NCBI RefSeq assembly: GCF_006345805.1
Contig: NC_042998.1
Coordinates: forward strand, 145,328,001-145,392,000
Source of the DNA: Octopus sinensis
Lineage: Eukaryota
Direction: 5' to 3'
Length of the DNA: 64,000 bases
Below are positions 39,330 to 53,335 of this stretch, piece after piece. Both the position numbers and the translations under genes were made by a program. The notes below the pieces were generated by a model that worked only from the letters and a program-made list of their open reading frames with translations, had not been told where the DNA came from and did not search any database. Positions within the stretch are counted from its first letter, which is position 1. Each line of letters starts with the position of its first letter.

Positions 39330-40160
39330 AAGATGACACAAGGTCTGAACTCCAACATCTGCCACACCGAGGAAGACATTGATCATGATACCCACACGGT
39401 GATGGATGACATGCGATTGGCTATAAATCAAGAGTCGAGAGAGTCGAGAATATTCTGTAAAATGAACTTGGCATGACGAAGGTTTTTGCTTAGTGGGAGC
39501 CATATCTTCTGACACCTGATGAAAAGCGTGCCAGGCTGATTACATCACGGAAAAATCTGACATTGACCCAGTTGGTTTCCTTGAAAGTTTCTTAACCCAG
39601 GATGAGTGTTAACTTCATCACTTTGAGCCAGACATGATCCTTGTAGTGGAAACACCTCCTCACCTGCTCCTAAGAAGGCCAAGGTCGTTTCATCTGCTGG
39701 GAAGGTGATGGCCTCAGTTTTTTGGTATGCAAAAGGCATTGTGCTCATTGACTATCTTCAAAAGGGCGACACCATCAATGCAGAGTACTATGCCAACTTG
39801 CTGAGGCAGTTACGGAAGGCTATCTATATCAAATGCTCAGGAAAACTAACGAAATTATTTTGTTTCATCAGGACAATGCTCCGTCACACAAGTCTTTAGT
39901 TTCAATGGCTACTGTACGTGACTGTGGCTTTGAGCTGGTTGATCACCCTCCCTATTCTTCTAACATGAAAAAACCACTTGGTTGGGAACAAGTATTTCAG
40001 ATTAAATCTTCTTCACCAATGGGATCCAAGCACTGCAAAATCAAAGGAAAAAGTGTGTGAACTGCAAGGGAGACAATACTAGAAAATAAACCAACCTCAT
40101 CTGGTCACATCCCATGAGAATATTTTGGTCAGTCTATGAACTTTTCAGCCGATCCTCGTG
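39330..40160 (+). mobile_element. Decayed mariner-type transposon
   Basis: KVMASVFWYAKGIVLIDYLQKGDTINAEYY (ORF 39705) and FHQDNAPSH...DHPPYS (ORF 39833); TIR-like AACTTTTCAGCCGATCCTCG at about 40139-40158. Confidence 0.85.
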
Positions 40161-40189
40161 AACGCAACATTCAAGTACCATTTTGAAAA

Positions 40190-40660
40190 CCGGATCGGTT
40201 CTGGATATCGGAAATGGATTCTTTACAGCAATATTAGACACCACAAGCAGTCGTTGAGCCCCAAATGCAAACATTTACAACATCCATGTGGCGGGATCTC
40301 ACCCCAAAAAAATTTACCGAGTTTTTGGTGAGTGGAATTATTTATTATGATCTTTTAGGGCTGAATCAGACTATCTTTTCTGAGGTTTACTGCCAGAAAA
40401 TGTACTGCTTGAAGAGTGCGTTGGATAGAAAATGCTTGCCTTAATAGTGGGTAATTTTTATCAAGATAATGCTCGCCTTCAAATGGCACAAGGCACAAAA
40501 ATGTTCCAGAACAGTTCGAGTTGCAATGGCAAAATGTTACACGTTCAGTATTTTGAAGACCTTGCTTCTTTAGACCTTCACTAACTTGGTTCACTGGAAA
40601 AACAATTTAGATGGGGAAAAAATATAGCCAAGATGATTAACATTGAAAATAAAGTATTTT
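40190..40660 (+). mobile_element. Second, more decayed mariner transposase fragment
   Basis: KWILYSN, GIIYYDLL...SEVYCQKM and YQDNAR read across frameshifts. Confidence 0.6.
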
Positions 40661-40834
40661 TTTCAGATCATACATTCAAAAACAAACAAATAGAAAGAGG
40701 AGAAAAGTCATTAAAAAAATGACATAACTACTTAAATTTAATTTGCAGTATGAAATGAAATATAATGCTTGTACTTTCAAATAAATTCTAAAACGTTCTA
40801 CACACATTATACACACACACACACCACACACACA

Positions 40835-40914
<80 letters not shown>

Positions 40915-40920
40915 CATATA

Positions 40921-41520
40921 TATAAATTAGAAGCACAAAGAAAAGTTACAAACCTCATTCAGGGATAGCGAAATCCTATGAAAGTACTGGTTAGTTACCT
41001 ATACAAAGAATATTCAACCTTGCAGTTAATTCTCGACTGCAATGTAACTATATAAACCGTGTGGTTTATATATAAGTGTTTATTATAATAAGATGAGAAA
41101 ATAGAGAGGTAATTAATAAATTATTATTCATTAATTAAAACATTGACAAACATCCCTTACAACTGTCTCAATTCCAGACCATCAGAAAATTAATTAATTA
41201 AGTTAAAAATTATTTGAAAGTTGAACCTCTTCCGAGGTAGTTTAAAATATACAAAATAGGTGTTCAATTCCTGATTGTTCAGTAAACTGCTGCTAATCGT
41301 TTTCTGAAGATCTGGAATTTGAAGGGTTGTTTGTCAACTGTTTAATTACGAAATCAAAATTTATTAATTACTTCTCTATTTTCTCATCTTATTATAAAAC
41401 ATGTATGTATGTATGTATGTATGTATGTATGTATGTATGTATGTATGTATGTATGTATGTATGTATGTATGCATGCATGCATTGCATGTATGTATGTATG
41501 TATGTATATATATTATATAT

Positions 41521-41564
<44 letters not shown>

Positions 41565-42134
41565 TATAAATTAGAAGCACAAAGAAAAGTTACAAACCTC
41601 ATTCAGGGATAGCGAAATCCTATGAAAGTACTGGTTAGTTACCTATACAAAGAATATTCAACCTTGCAGTTAATTCTCGACTGCAATGTAACTATATAAA
41701 CCGTGTGGTTTATATATAAGTGTTATTATAATAAGATGAGAAAATAGAGAGGTAATTAATAAATTATTATTCATTAATTAAAACATTGACAAACATCCCT
41801 TACAACTGTCTCAATTCCAGACCATCAGAAAATTAATTAATTAAGTTAAAAATATTTGAAAGTTGAACCTCTTCCGAGGTAGTTTAAAATATACAAAATA
41901 GGTGTTCAATTCCTGATTGTTCAGTAAACTGCTGCTAATCGTTTTCTGAAGATCTGGAATTTGAAGGGTTGTTTGTCAACTGTTTAATTACGAAATCAAA
42001 ATTTATTAATTACTTCTCTATTTTCTCATCTTATTATAAAACATGTATGTATGTATGTATGTATGTATGTATGTATGTATGTATGTATGTATGTATGTAT
42101 GTATGTATGCATGCATGCATTGCATGTATGTATG

Positions 42135-42175
<41 letters not shown>
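40921..42175. repeat. Near-perfect tandem duplication of an approximately 643-bp unit, each copy containing an inverted repeat (41083-41190 / 41300-41397)
   Basis: Offset is 644 bp at the unit start and 642 bp at the end; non-microsatellite differences are single-base losses at short runs. Confidence 0.95.
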
Positions 42176-42198
<23 letters not shown>

Positions 42199-43103
42199 AA
42201 GGCGCAATGGCCCAGTGGTTAGGGCAGCGGACTCGCGGTCGGAGGATCGCGGTTTCGATTCCCAGACCGGGTGTTGTGTGTGTTTATTGAGCGAAAACAC
42301 CTAAAAGCTCCACGAGGCTCCGGCAGGGGGTGGTGATCCCTGCTGTACTCTTTCTCACTCTTTCTTCTGTTGGCCTGCTCGCTTAGCCAGCGGGTGGCGT
42401 CGTTCGAAGGCTAAGACAATGCGAATGCATTGTGACCAGCAATGTGTAGCAACATTTGATGGTCTGGTCGGTCACGTGATATATATATAATATTTTAAAG
42501 CTCTCGCAGAACCACGCAGATACTTTTTGCAGTCTCCTTGCATGTGGTAAAATTCTAAAATTGCTAAACTTTTAAAAGAAGGCATAATATGCTTTATCCA
42601 AGTAGGAGGAAGGAGAATAGATGCTAAAAATGACAGGCTATTCTCGTCGGCCTCAAATGTTAGCAAGGTCATGGAACATATTATCAAAAAGAGGCTGATC
42701 ACGTTCCTGGAAGAAAATAACTTGCTCACAAACGTGCAACCTGACTTCCGTCTAGGGAAGAGATGAATCACAAAACTACTACAGTATTATTACTGGATAT
42801 TGAAAGGTGGCGTGCTGACAGAATCATTAGCACGCCGGGAAAAATGCTCAGTAGAATTTCGTCCGTTCTTTCGTTCAGAGTTCAAATTCCGCTGAGGTCG
42901 AATTTGCCTTCCATTCTTTCGGGGTCGATAAAATAAGTACCAGCCACGCACTGGGGTCAATGTAATCAACTTACTCTCTCTCCGCCGAAATTGCCGACCT
43001 TGTGCCAAAATTTGAAATTATTATGACTGGGTACCGAAACAGCAGCTCAGCCACTCAAATATGGATGTGATATATCTCAACTTTGACATATGTATGTATG
43101 TGT

Positions 43104-43164
<61 letters not shown>

Positions 43165-43735
43165 CTTACTTGGAGAAAATAAAGGAAACGAAACGACGCG
43201 AGGGCGCTCAGTCATACAATAATTTAATAAATAAAATATATGCACATCGCTTTTTATAGGCGCAGGAGTGGCTGTGTGGTAAGTAGCTTGCTAACCAACC
43301 ACATGGTTCCGGGTTCAATCCCACTGCGTGGCATCTTGGGCAAATGTCTTCTGCTATAGCCCCGGGCCGACCAATGCCTTGTGAGTGGATTTGGTAGACG
43401 GAAACTGAAAGAAGCCTGTCGTATATATGTATATATATATATATATATATGAGTGTGTGTTTGTGTGTCTGTGTTTGTTCCCCTAGCATTGCTTGACAAC
43501 CGATGCTGGTGTGTTTACGTCCCCGTCACTTAGCGGTTCAGCAAAAAGAGACCGATAGAATAAGTACTGGGCTTACAAAAAAGAATAAGTCCCGGGGTCG
43601 AGTTGCTCGACTAAAGGCGGTGCTCCAGCATGGCCGCAGTCAAATGACTGAAACAAGTAAAAGAGTAAAAGAGAGAGCATACATACATATATGTACGTAC
43701 CTACATCTACATGTATATATACATGCATATATGGT

Positions 43736-44106
43736 ATGGAAGCACTCCGTCGGTTACGACGACGAGGGTTCCGGTTGATCCGAATCAACGGAACAGCCTG
43801 CTCGTGAAATTAACGTGCAAGTGGCTGAGCACTCCACAGACACGTGTACCCTTAACGTAGTCAGCGTGACACAGAGAGTGACAAGGCCGGCCCTTTGAAA
43901 TACAGGCACAACAGAAACAGGAAGTAAGAACGAGAGAAATTTGTGGTGAAAGAGTACAGCAGGGATCACCACCATCCCCTGCCGGAGACTCGTGGAGCTT
44001 TAGGTGTATACGCTCAATAAACACTCACAACGCCTGGTCTGGGAATCGAAACCGCAATCCTACGACCGCGACTCCGCTGCCCTAACCACTGGGCCATTGC
44101 ACCTCC
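43736..44106 (-). mobile_element. tRNA-headed SINE, long-tail subfamily; further full copies at 51257-51630 (+) and 54956-55337 (-)
   Basis: The three copies align end to end; same head as the short-tail subfamily, different 3' half ending CCGACGGAGTGC. Confidence 0.92.
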
Positions 44107-44135
44107 ACATGCATATATCTATATATATCTATCTA

Positions 44136-44178
<43 letters not shown>

Positions 44179-44230
44179 GTTTAAATATTTGTTGTGCAAG
44201 ATTTTTATGTGAAGTCGTGTGTTGAAACAG

Positions 44231-44589
44231 ATATCGTTATATTCAGAATGGTCATATTGCCAGTTTAGCCAATAAAACACACGCACTATATATTTGGTGT
44301 TATTTTGCTTCAGTGATATTTATTTTTTACATTAATCTTAATCTTATTTCGGCCAAAGTTCTTTCGTCACACTCCTGTGACTGACGGTTAGTAAGGAGAG
44401 ACACAAAATAGTGAGAAGAAAACAAAGGACCACTGATGCGGTCACAGGAGTGTGACGAAAGAACTTTGGCCGAAATAAGATTAAGATTAATGTAAAAAAT
44501 AAATATCACTGAAGCAAAATAACACCAAATATATAGTGCGTGTGTTTTTATTGGCTAAACTGGCAATATGACCATTCCGAAATATAACG

Positions 44590-44593
<4 letters not shown>
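44231..44593. repeat. Near-perfect inverted repeat, about 151-bp arms (44231-44381 / 44441-44593), 59-bp spacer
   Basis: Reverse-complement alignment shows only about 3 differences. Confidence 0.96.
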
Positions 44594-44643
<50 letters not shown>

Positions 44644-46449
44644 ATATATATATGAGTACAGGACACCACAAATAGACGTAGAACTCAACGAGAAACGAAA
44701 ACATAAAAACAAACATGGAAACGGACTTTTGTATTGTTTGTCTTGTACTCTATTTTTTCGTTGTTAAAAAAAGTCCGTATATATACATGTAGATGTAGGT
44801 ACGTACATATATGTATGTATGTATGCATATATTTTATGTATTAAATTATATATATATATATATACATATGTATGTATGTATCTATGTATGTATGTGTATA
44901 TACATGCATATTTAAATGAATGTCTGTGTGCGTGAGTGTCGGACTATGTATGTATGTGTTCACAAATTTTGCAATGTGTGTAGATGATTTGTACATATAT
45001 TTATTAACCAACCAGCAAGCATATTTCAGAGTTTCATGAACGTAAAATGGAATTCTTCAACGAAAATTTGAAATTTGAATGGATACAATCTGTTAAGAAT
45101 TGACGATAAGAACAGAATTTAAAACCCTTACATAAGCCATTCCTTTCGCTTTTAATCCTATTCATTTCATAATATTTCATCGTCGAAAACTCACCTGTAG
45201 CCTTTGTGAAAGAAAATAATCCTTATAAATCTCATACCTCTAAAGATAATATTTCCCCTTATTTCTGAGTTTCCTGTTGATTCAATGAGATTATAAACGA
45301 ATAAACACGTGTTTATTCACTTGAAAAGAATCACGAAAAGATATTTTACCTTTTTAAATTTAAAACTGACGTTAAGAATAACGAGAAAAATAATAAAAGA
45401 GACGTACATTGTATATTGTAGTAAAAAAAAAATTCGTATTAAGAACAATAATAACTGTACCCTATAAATATTATGTGAATATATTACTAGAAACGCAAAC
45501 GAAAAAGATTCAGTAGTTGAAGACACATGGAATCCAGAAAGAAGGGTAGGGGAAGAAGGAGGTAGCAGCTTGATTCAACAAACCTTATATTGTATAGCTA
45601 TATATATTAGGTAAACTAGAATAAATGGAAAGGGAAAGTATTGCCAGTCCCTAACAACCGTTAACAGAATTCTGAGATTTTTGCGTCGTAGAATTTGAAT
45701 TGGGCAGCATACAAAAGTACCCTCGTATATGAAATCTTGAATATTAAACTGTAAATATTTTGCACATCTCGAACGGCGTGCATTTTCAGAATTACACACA
45801 CACACGCGCGCGCGCGCGCACACACACACACGTATGTATATATGTATGTATGTATGTATGTATGAGTACATATATATGTGTGTGTGTATGTGTGTGTGTG
45901 TATGTGAGTGCGTGTGAGTGTGCGTGCATGTGTGAGCGCGCGCGTGTATGTATATATAGCTAAATACAATGCTATATTCTCATATCAGTCGGTTTAACAA
46001 TCGGTTTTAGACCAGGAGTTCATCATAAAAGGCTGAAAGGAATAGTATGCAGTGTGTTCTTTTCACTGGAGGTGAGAAAGTGTCACATCCAGTCTGCTAA
46101 TAAAAAAAAACGAAATGAAATAAAGAGGTCAAGACCCAAAGAGAAATTATTTTAAAGTTTTTGGAAGCCATTTGGCTCATCAGTCAATGATTGATGAAAG
46201 CGAATAAACCGAAACGTCACTATCAGTTCTTTGCTTATAAAAGTGAATAAATATGTTCTTTCGTAAAAAGTATTGGTACTATTTTATCGATCTCAAAAGG
46301 ATGAAAAGCAAAGTTGACTTCAGTGATTTGAAATCATGGTGCAGAGAGTCAGAACAAATACCACGAGGTATTCTATCCGACGCTCCATCACTGTCAGTTT
46401 CTTGGTAGGATTGGTGCCAGTGCTTAACTGGTACTTATTATATCGACCC

Positions 46450-47187
46450 AAATTCTGGAGATGTTGTTGGTATAGTGGTTGTGACAGTAGTGGTAGCGGA
46501 TGTGGCGGTAGGGCCTTCTATGGTAGTGGCGATGGTGGTGGTGGTGGTGGTAGATGTGGCAGTAGTGGCTTGATGGTGTTGGATGTGGTAGTAGTGGTTG
46601 AAAGTAGTTGTTGTAGTGTGGTAGTGGTGATGGTGGTGGTGGAGGTGGTGGTGGTGGTGGTTGATGTAGTGATAGTAGTTGTGACGGTGGATCTAGTATA
46701 ATAGTTGAAGTAGTAGTGGATGTGGTATGCTTAAGGTGGTGGTTGGCGTATTAAATGTGTTTTTGGGTATCGTATCGGAATCAATGCTACGTCTGAACAG
46801 GAAGACTAACAGACGATAAAAAATGTCTTCAACATTATAATCACCATCACACCATCATCGTCGTCGTCATCATCATGATCATCATTATCATCAACATCGT
46901 CGTCATCATCATCATCATCACCAGTAGTAGCATAAGCATCGAGGAATTACCAGCACACTTTATCGCAATCTTTGTTGTTGCTGATGTTGTTGTTGTCGTC
47001 GTCGTCGTCGTCGTTGTTATAATGAAGTTCTGTGTAAGTTTGAAGTAAACAATCTATCTACACAATGAACATCTTAACACAACTGTTCAGCACAAACCGG
47101 AAGAGAAGACATTTTTGTTTTATTAACGATTACAGTTTTCTTATTTCCACGTACAAATAACTATTGTTATTGGTTTTTTCTTTGTTG

Positions 47188-47235
<48 letters not shown>

Positions 47236-47255
47236 TACTACTACTACTACTACTA

Positions 47256-47302
<47 letters not shown>

Positions 47303-47480
47303 TTATTATTATTATTATTATTGTTGTTGTTGTTGTTGTTATTATTATAGAAGTTGTTCTTGTTGTTATTGTTGCTATTATTATCAATGGTCTTCTTTCT
47401 CTTCTTATCATCACCATTATCATTATCATTGTCATTATTATTAACATTATCATTATCCCCATCATCATCATCATCATCAT
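46450..47480. repeat. Cluster of trinucleotide repeats (GGT/GTA, CAT/CGT, GTT, CTA, ATT)
   Basis: Visible; explains the poly-Val/Thr/Ile ORFs at 46336, 47164 and 47253. Confidence 0.95.
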
Positions 47481-47769
47481 TGAGCTAATATTATCAATAG
47501 CAAGTCGGAAAAAATGTTTTGCGGTATTTCTTCTTGGTGTTTACGTCCTTAGTTCAAATAACACCGACATCAACTTTGCTGTTTATCCTTTCGGAGCTCG
47601 ATGAAATAAAGTGCCACTCAAGTTGTGTGGTCGATGGTATCGACTAATCCCTCAACTCCACACCACGTCCCTCCAGAATTACTGGCCTTGTATCAAAATT
47701 TGTATAATTATACGGTAGTCTTATTTTCATTGCGTTTTCTCTGTAACCTGTACTCTGCTATGTGTGTCT

Positions 47770-48120
47770 TGTTTTTGTTTAGCCGTTGCTATTTTACTGA
47801 AGGTACTTTTGAAGGGATTGCTTCTATTTTCAATTTTCCTTATATTAGAGTTATCTTTATTTCCAAGTCTTTCTTTCGAGATATAGCACTATCCATTGAG
47901 ATTGGTACTTAGATCAGGAAGCAATTTATTTCCTGGAATTTTGGCAATACCGGGTCCATTAGCCTAGAACTTTCAATCTGTATGTCTTAGCGTATCCACT
48001 TGGGATTCTTTGGGACTCTTTTCTGGTTTATGCGTTTATTATAAATATTTTGTTGGCACAAGTTTATATAAGTCCCAGCTCTGTCAATCCTTAGTTAGTG
48101 CTAATGAAGAGGACCAGGTA
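47770..48120 (-). mobile_element. Decayed Dong/R4-type REL-domain fragment
   Basis: THKPEK and VPISMDSAISRK read across frameshifts. Confidence 0.45.
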
Positions 48121-48291
48121 CATTTGCCATGTAGTTGGACTCTAAACTCTTGTAATTGACGCTTATCAGTCTTTTGAAACACTGGTTTATTATATAAAGC
48201 ATAAACACTGATAGCGATTTCCGTGTCGCTTTAAATACACACAAACACACACATTTATGCACCAAAGTTCGTCCACTTGTCGAGCTTGCTC

Positions 48292-48354
<63 letters not shown>

Positions 48355-48359
48355 ATGTA

Positions 48360-48564
48360 CGAAGGGGTGCTGAAAAAGTCCTGGCTTTGGGTAAAAAGAA
48401 AATACAGTGGATCAGTTAGTTATGATTTTATTCAACATATTCTCCTCTCAGATTCACACACTTATTGCTGCGGCCCTGCAATTTTTCTGAGTTCTGTAAA
48501 AGGAGTTGGAAGATTGGGCCTCCTTTCGCAATACCCATAAAGCCAGGAACTTTTCAACATCTCG
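48360..48564. mobile_element. Mariner-derived MITE (205 bp, TA flanks)
   Basis: TA-CGAAGGGGTGCTGAAAAAGTCCTGGCTTT ... AAAGCCAGGAACTTTTCAACATCTCG-TA. Confidence 0.85.
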
Positions 48565-48612
48565 TATATTCGTATATATATATTCCCTGTAAGTTAGGAA
48601 TAACATTCCGTC

Positions 48613-48701
<89 letters not shown>

Positions 48702-48894
48702 TGAGATAGGGGTTGTAAATGCAACCCTCCATGGGATAACATATATCCAATATACTGCTAGTGAAGTACCCAACAAAGTTAATACATAAATGTTAATGAT
48801 TGCGATGTAATCAATTCATTTACTGTATTATATGGGCAAAGGTAAAATGATTTACCATAAATTACTAATACAAGATAAGAAAATGGAGAAATAC

Positions 48895-49353
48895 ATCTAA
48901 ATCAAATATCAATTACCAGATAATACTCAATCACATACTTTATTAAACCACAACATAAGAGACTGTAGGATTAGATATAAAAGCAGAACAAATCAGTGTA
49001 CATAAATGAATGTACATAAAAAAGTGTACATAAAAAAGTAATGTTGTTTAATAAGTAGAATATATACAAAAGAGAATATAAATATAAGTAAATATAAATA
49101 TAAGTATACATTACATCTTACAGCTGTTTCGGCCATGTAGATAAGTATGTCTCATTTTACCAATATTAGCCCTTTATAGTAGGTCAATATACAGATATAA
49201 GTGAGACATGTACATTCATTTATGTACACTGATTTGTTCTGCATTTATATCTAACCCTACAGTATTGGTACTATTTTATCGGTATTGGTACTATGTGGTG
49301 GTTTAATAAAGTATGTGATTGAGTATTATCTGGTAATTGATATTGATTTAGAT
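48895..49353. repeat. Inverted repeat (48895-49017 / 49209-49353) with a half-hammerhead motif in the spacer
   Basis: Arms align apart from an indel; minus strand 49114-49134 reads GGCC-GAAAC-AGCU-GUA-AGAUG. Confidence 0.85.
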
Positions 49354-49358
49354 ATATA

Positions 49359-49426
<68 letters not shown>

Positions 49427-49594
49427 TTATTTATTTATTTCGCGTGAAGCTTGCAGTGGCGTGAAGCGCTCGAGTCTGTAATAACTTCTCTGCTTCAGTT
49501 TGAAGATGTTTCAAATGAGAAACATTCCTTCCCCTCTTGTTCGAATTAAGCAACGTGTATATATATATATATATATATATATGGAGTGTCCACT

Positions 49595-49671
<77 letters not shown>

Positions 49672-50254
49672 CACACACGCACACACACACACACACAACA
49701 CACACACACACATAAACAAGGGGTGTCTACCGAAATATATAGTTGTATAATAAGTATCTTAGTATCACTTCTAATGTAATCTATTATGTACATGGGAACA
49801 TGCTTAGTCTTGCTGCGACGAATACATTATGACTTTAATTAACATTGGCCAATAAATTAAACTTACTATTACCTTCAATGAAGAGAACACGCGATAGGTG
49901 CACCAGGGCTACAGACGATCACATAATACAGGAAATCACAATAGTCTCGTTACTCATCACGTACTCTCGTTAACTTGGGTTTTATAGTCAAACAGCTTCA
50001 CAGTCAGACTTAATTATATTTACATTCACGTAACAGGCTCATTGAGTTTGATGAATGTTTAATTATACAAGAGAATTTGGTAGTTTTTATAATATATATA
50101 TATATATATGTGTGTGTATACTTACAAAACAGTACACGCGCATACGTACATACATACATACATACATACATACATACATGATTACATACATAAATAATAC
50201 ATACATACCCACACACATGTATATACATACATCTATGCAGATATATATCGAAGC

Positions 50255-50354
<100 letters not shown>

Positions 50355-53299
50355 GTTTATCTGTCTATCTGTCTGTCTATCTGTCTGTCTGTGTCTGTCT
50401 TCTGTCTGTCTGTCTGTCTGTCTCTGTATATATTAATATATATATTTGCATATGTGTATGTATACACACATCTATACTAACATCTAAATATGTATATGCA
50501 TATCTATATGAACGCGAATAATGCACGTATATACATATATATATATATATGCATACATACAGAAATACATACATATATATGTGCATAGGCATATATATGT
50601 ATGTACATGTAAATATGAACGACATACTTAGTTCTACCACCAGTAAATCTATCATCATTATACACAAGTGCAGCAAGCATGTGAGTTGGCGAAAAGCAAC
50701 AAAAAACAACACAAAGAACGAACAAGCAAATAATAAACATTAAAAAACCGAAACAAGAAATGTGCGAAATGAGTGAAGAGTTGCCTACTCAACGATGGAA
50801 CCTAACTTACGATGGCACAAGCCAGCATCGACCACCTACTTAATGTAATATATAACCTGAAGAATAAAGACTCAGTTAATATATCGACTGAAGGTGAGGC
50901 GTTGGGTAGGAAGTGGCAGAACCGAGTATTCCTAAACAACAATGTGTTTGGACGTTTGAAGGATTCTAGAAGATAGATATCGAACCCTTCACGGATCAAT
51001 TGCTTCTTCCTCCCAAATTGTTTACGAGCACTCTAGATGTAAAAGGCACGAAGATGAGGAATGTAAGGCTGTCACACCCGTGGGGATGTTCTTATCCTCT
51101 CTGTAGGTGGAGGATAAAATCCCAGTCAAGGATTTTTGTAGAGGATAAAATGCCAGTTAAGTATAGGGGTCGATTTAGTCAACGAATCCTTCCCTCCAAA
51201 TTTCCGACTTTGGGCCTACTTAAATACTTAAATATATCGTGAGGTGTGCTCCTCTTGGAGGCGCAATGGCCCAGTGATTAGGGCAGCGGATTCGCGGTCG
51301 TAGGATCGCGGTTTCGATTCCCAGACCGGGCGTTGTGAGTGTTTATTAAGTGAAAACACCTAAAGCTCCACGAGGCTCCGGTAAGGGTGGTGGAGAACCC
51401 TGCTGTACTCTTTCACCACGACTTTCACTCTTTCTTCCTGTTTCTGTTGTACCTGTATTTCAAAGGGCCAGCCTTGTCACACTCTGTGTCACGCTGAATC
51501 TCCCCGAGAACTACATTAAGGGCACACGTGTCTGTAGAGTGCTCAGCCACTTGCACGTTAATTTCACGAGCAAGCTGTTCTGTTGGTCGGATCAACTGGA
51601 ACCCTTGTTGTCTTAACCGACGGAGTGCCACGATTTTAATTAAATGATTATTATTGATTGGTTAAATAAGGCAGCTCGCTGGTAGAAACGTTAACATACC
51701 GGGAAAAAGGCTTAGCGGCATTTCGAATGTCTTTACGTCCCGAGTTAAAATTTCTCCGAGGTTGACTTTGCCTTTCATCCTTTAGGGGTCGGTGAAATAT
51801 GTACCAGTCCAGCACTTGCGATCAATGGAATCGACCCTTTCCCAAAATTTCAAGCCTTGTACCTATAATAGAAAGGTTTATAGATTGGTTAAATATAGCG
51901 GGTATGGGTGATAAGATAAAGCACCGAACTAAATTTGTTCTTTAATGTATTTAGTTTTGTGTCAAATGTTTTGAAAGCTTACACACAAAAAAAGAAAATA
52001 AAGAAAGAAAAAATATAAGACCGTTCAGTAAACTATAATCTTCTCTAACAGATTGGGTTCCAGCTCCGTTACTTTCTGTAAAATCATTATTTTTGCATTA
52101 AGTTTTGAGCACCGTAAAAGATGAAATTATCTGCGAATGAGTCAAGTCGATCACGACATCCAGTTTCAAATATCAGTCGATGGAACATCGTTTCATTTAT
52201 GCTGTTAATTTTTGGTGGGAAAGAAATGTACATCACACTCAGAAAGCAATCATGATATTATCTCTATGAAGAAGGAGGTTGAATGACCCAATCGGTACTA
52301 TAGAAGATCCAATAGCTTTTACAGTATTTACTGTAGTCATAAGACTGCATATTTTGAGTTCGATTCCAGCCGTGTCTGATTTGTCATCGATAAACTAACA
52401 GTCCGATGCTAGGATCGTTTGATCGCTTATGCCTCAAGCCTTAAACATTTGTTTGGCCTAGCACTTGTACGGGAAAAGGATACTTTTATGTTGTCAAGCT
52501 GATAAACGTGGCAAGAAAGCAGAATCATTAGCACGCCGTAAGAAAAAAACGATTAACACTAATTTGTCCGAGTTCAAAACGCACCGAAGGATCAACTTTA
52601 CCTTTCATCCTTTCGGAGTCGATAAAATAGAGTATCAAGATCGACGTAATTTACTAACCCTCTCAACCAAAAATTGCTTCTCTTGTGTCAAAATTTGAAA
52701 CCACTAGCAACGAAGGAGAATCATTAGCGCGTCGGTGAAAATGCTGGCGTCATTCCAAAATTCGAAACCGTCTTATCTAACATACTTCGATGGTGAGCTG
52801 GCAGAATCAGTTGCGCGTCGACGGAATAGGTTAGTGGCATTTTTTCTGAGACTTTACATTCTGAGTTCAAAACTCGCAAAGGTCAACTTTGCCTTTCATC
52901 CTTGCGGGGTCGACAAAATAAGATATCAGCCATATATCAAAGTCGATGTAATCAACTTGTTCCCGCCCCTCAGAATTGCTGGCCATGTGCCAAAATTGGA
53001 AAGAGTTGTATCCAACTTACATCCGAGCAGAGTTTACGTTGAATTTTACGTTCCCATACACACAAAAATATAGTAAAAAAGAAAAAAAAAAACCAGAAAA
53101 AAGGAAAAACAAAACAAAACCCACCTTAGATTCAAGTTAAGCACTAAGATGAAAATTTTGAATGAATAAAAAAACCAAATAAATAAAATTAAAATAGCTG
53201 TAAAACAAATAAAAGAAAAGAAAATCTGCAACCACACGGAACAATAAGATTTTCACAAATAGACACCCATATAATAATTCCCGCTTACGCACGCGCACG

Positions 53300-53335
<36 letters not shown>

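Noticed and set aside
45195-45273. Minus-strand 79-nt exon with a strong CAG|GTGAGT donor
   Set aside because: Weak acceptor, AT-rich unrecognisable peptide, no partner exon.
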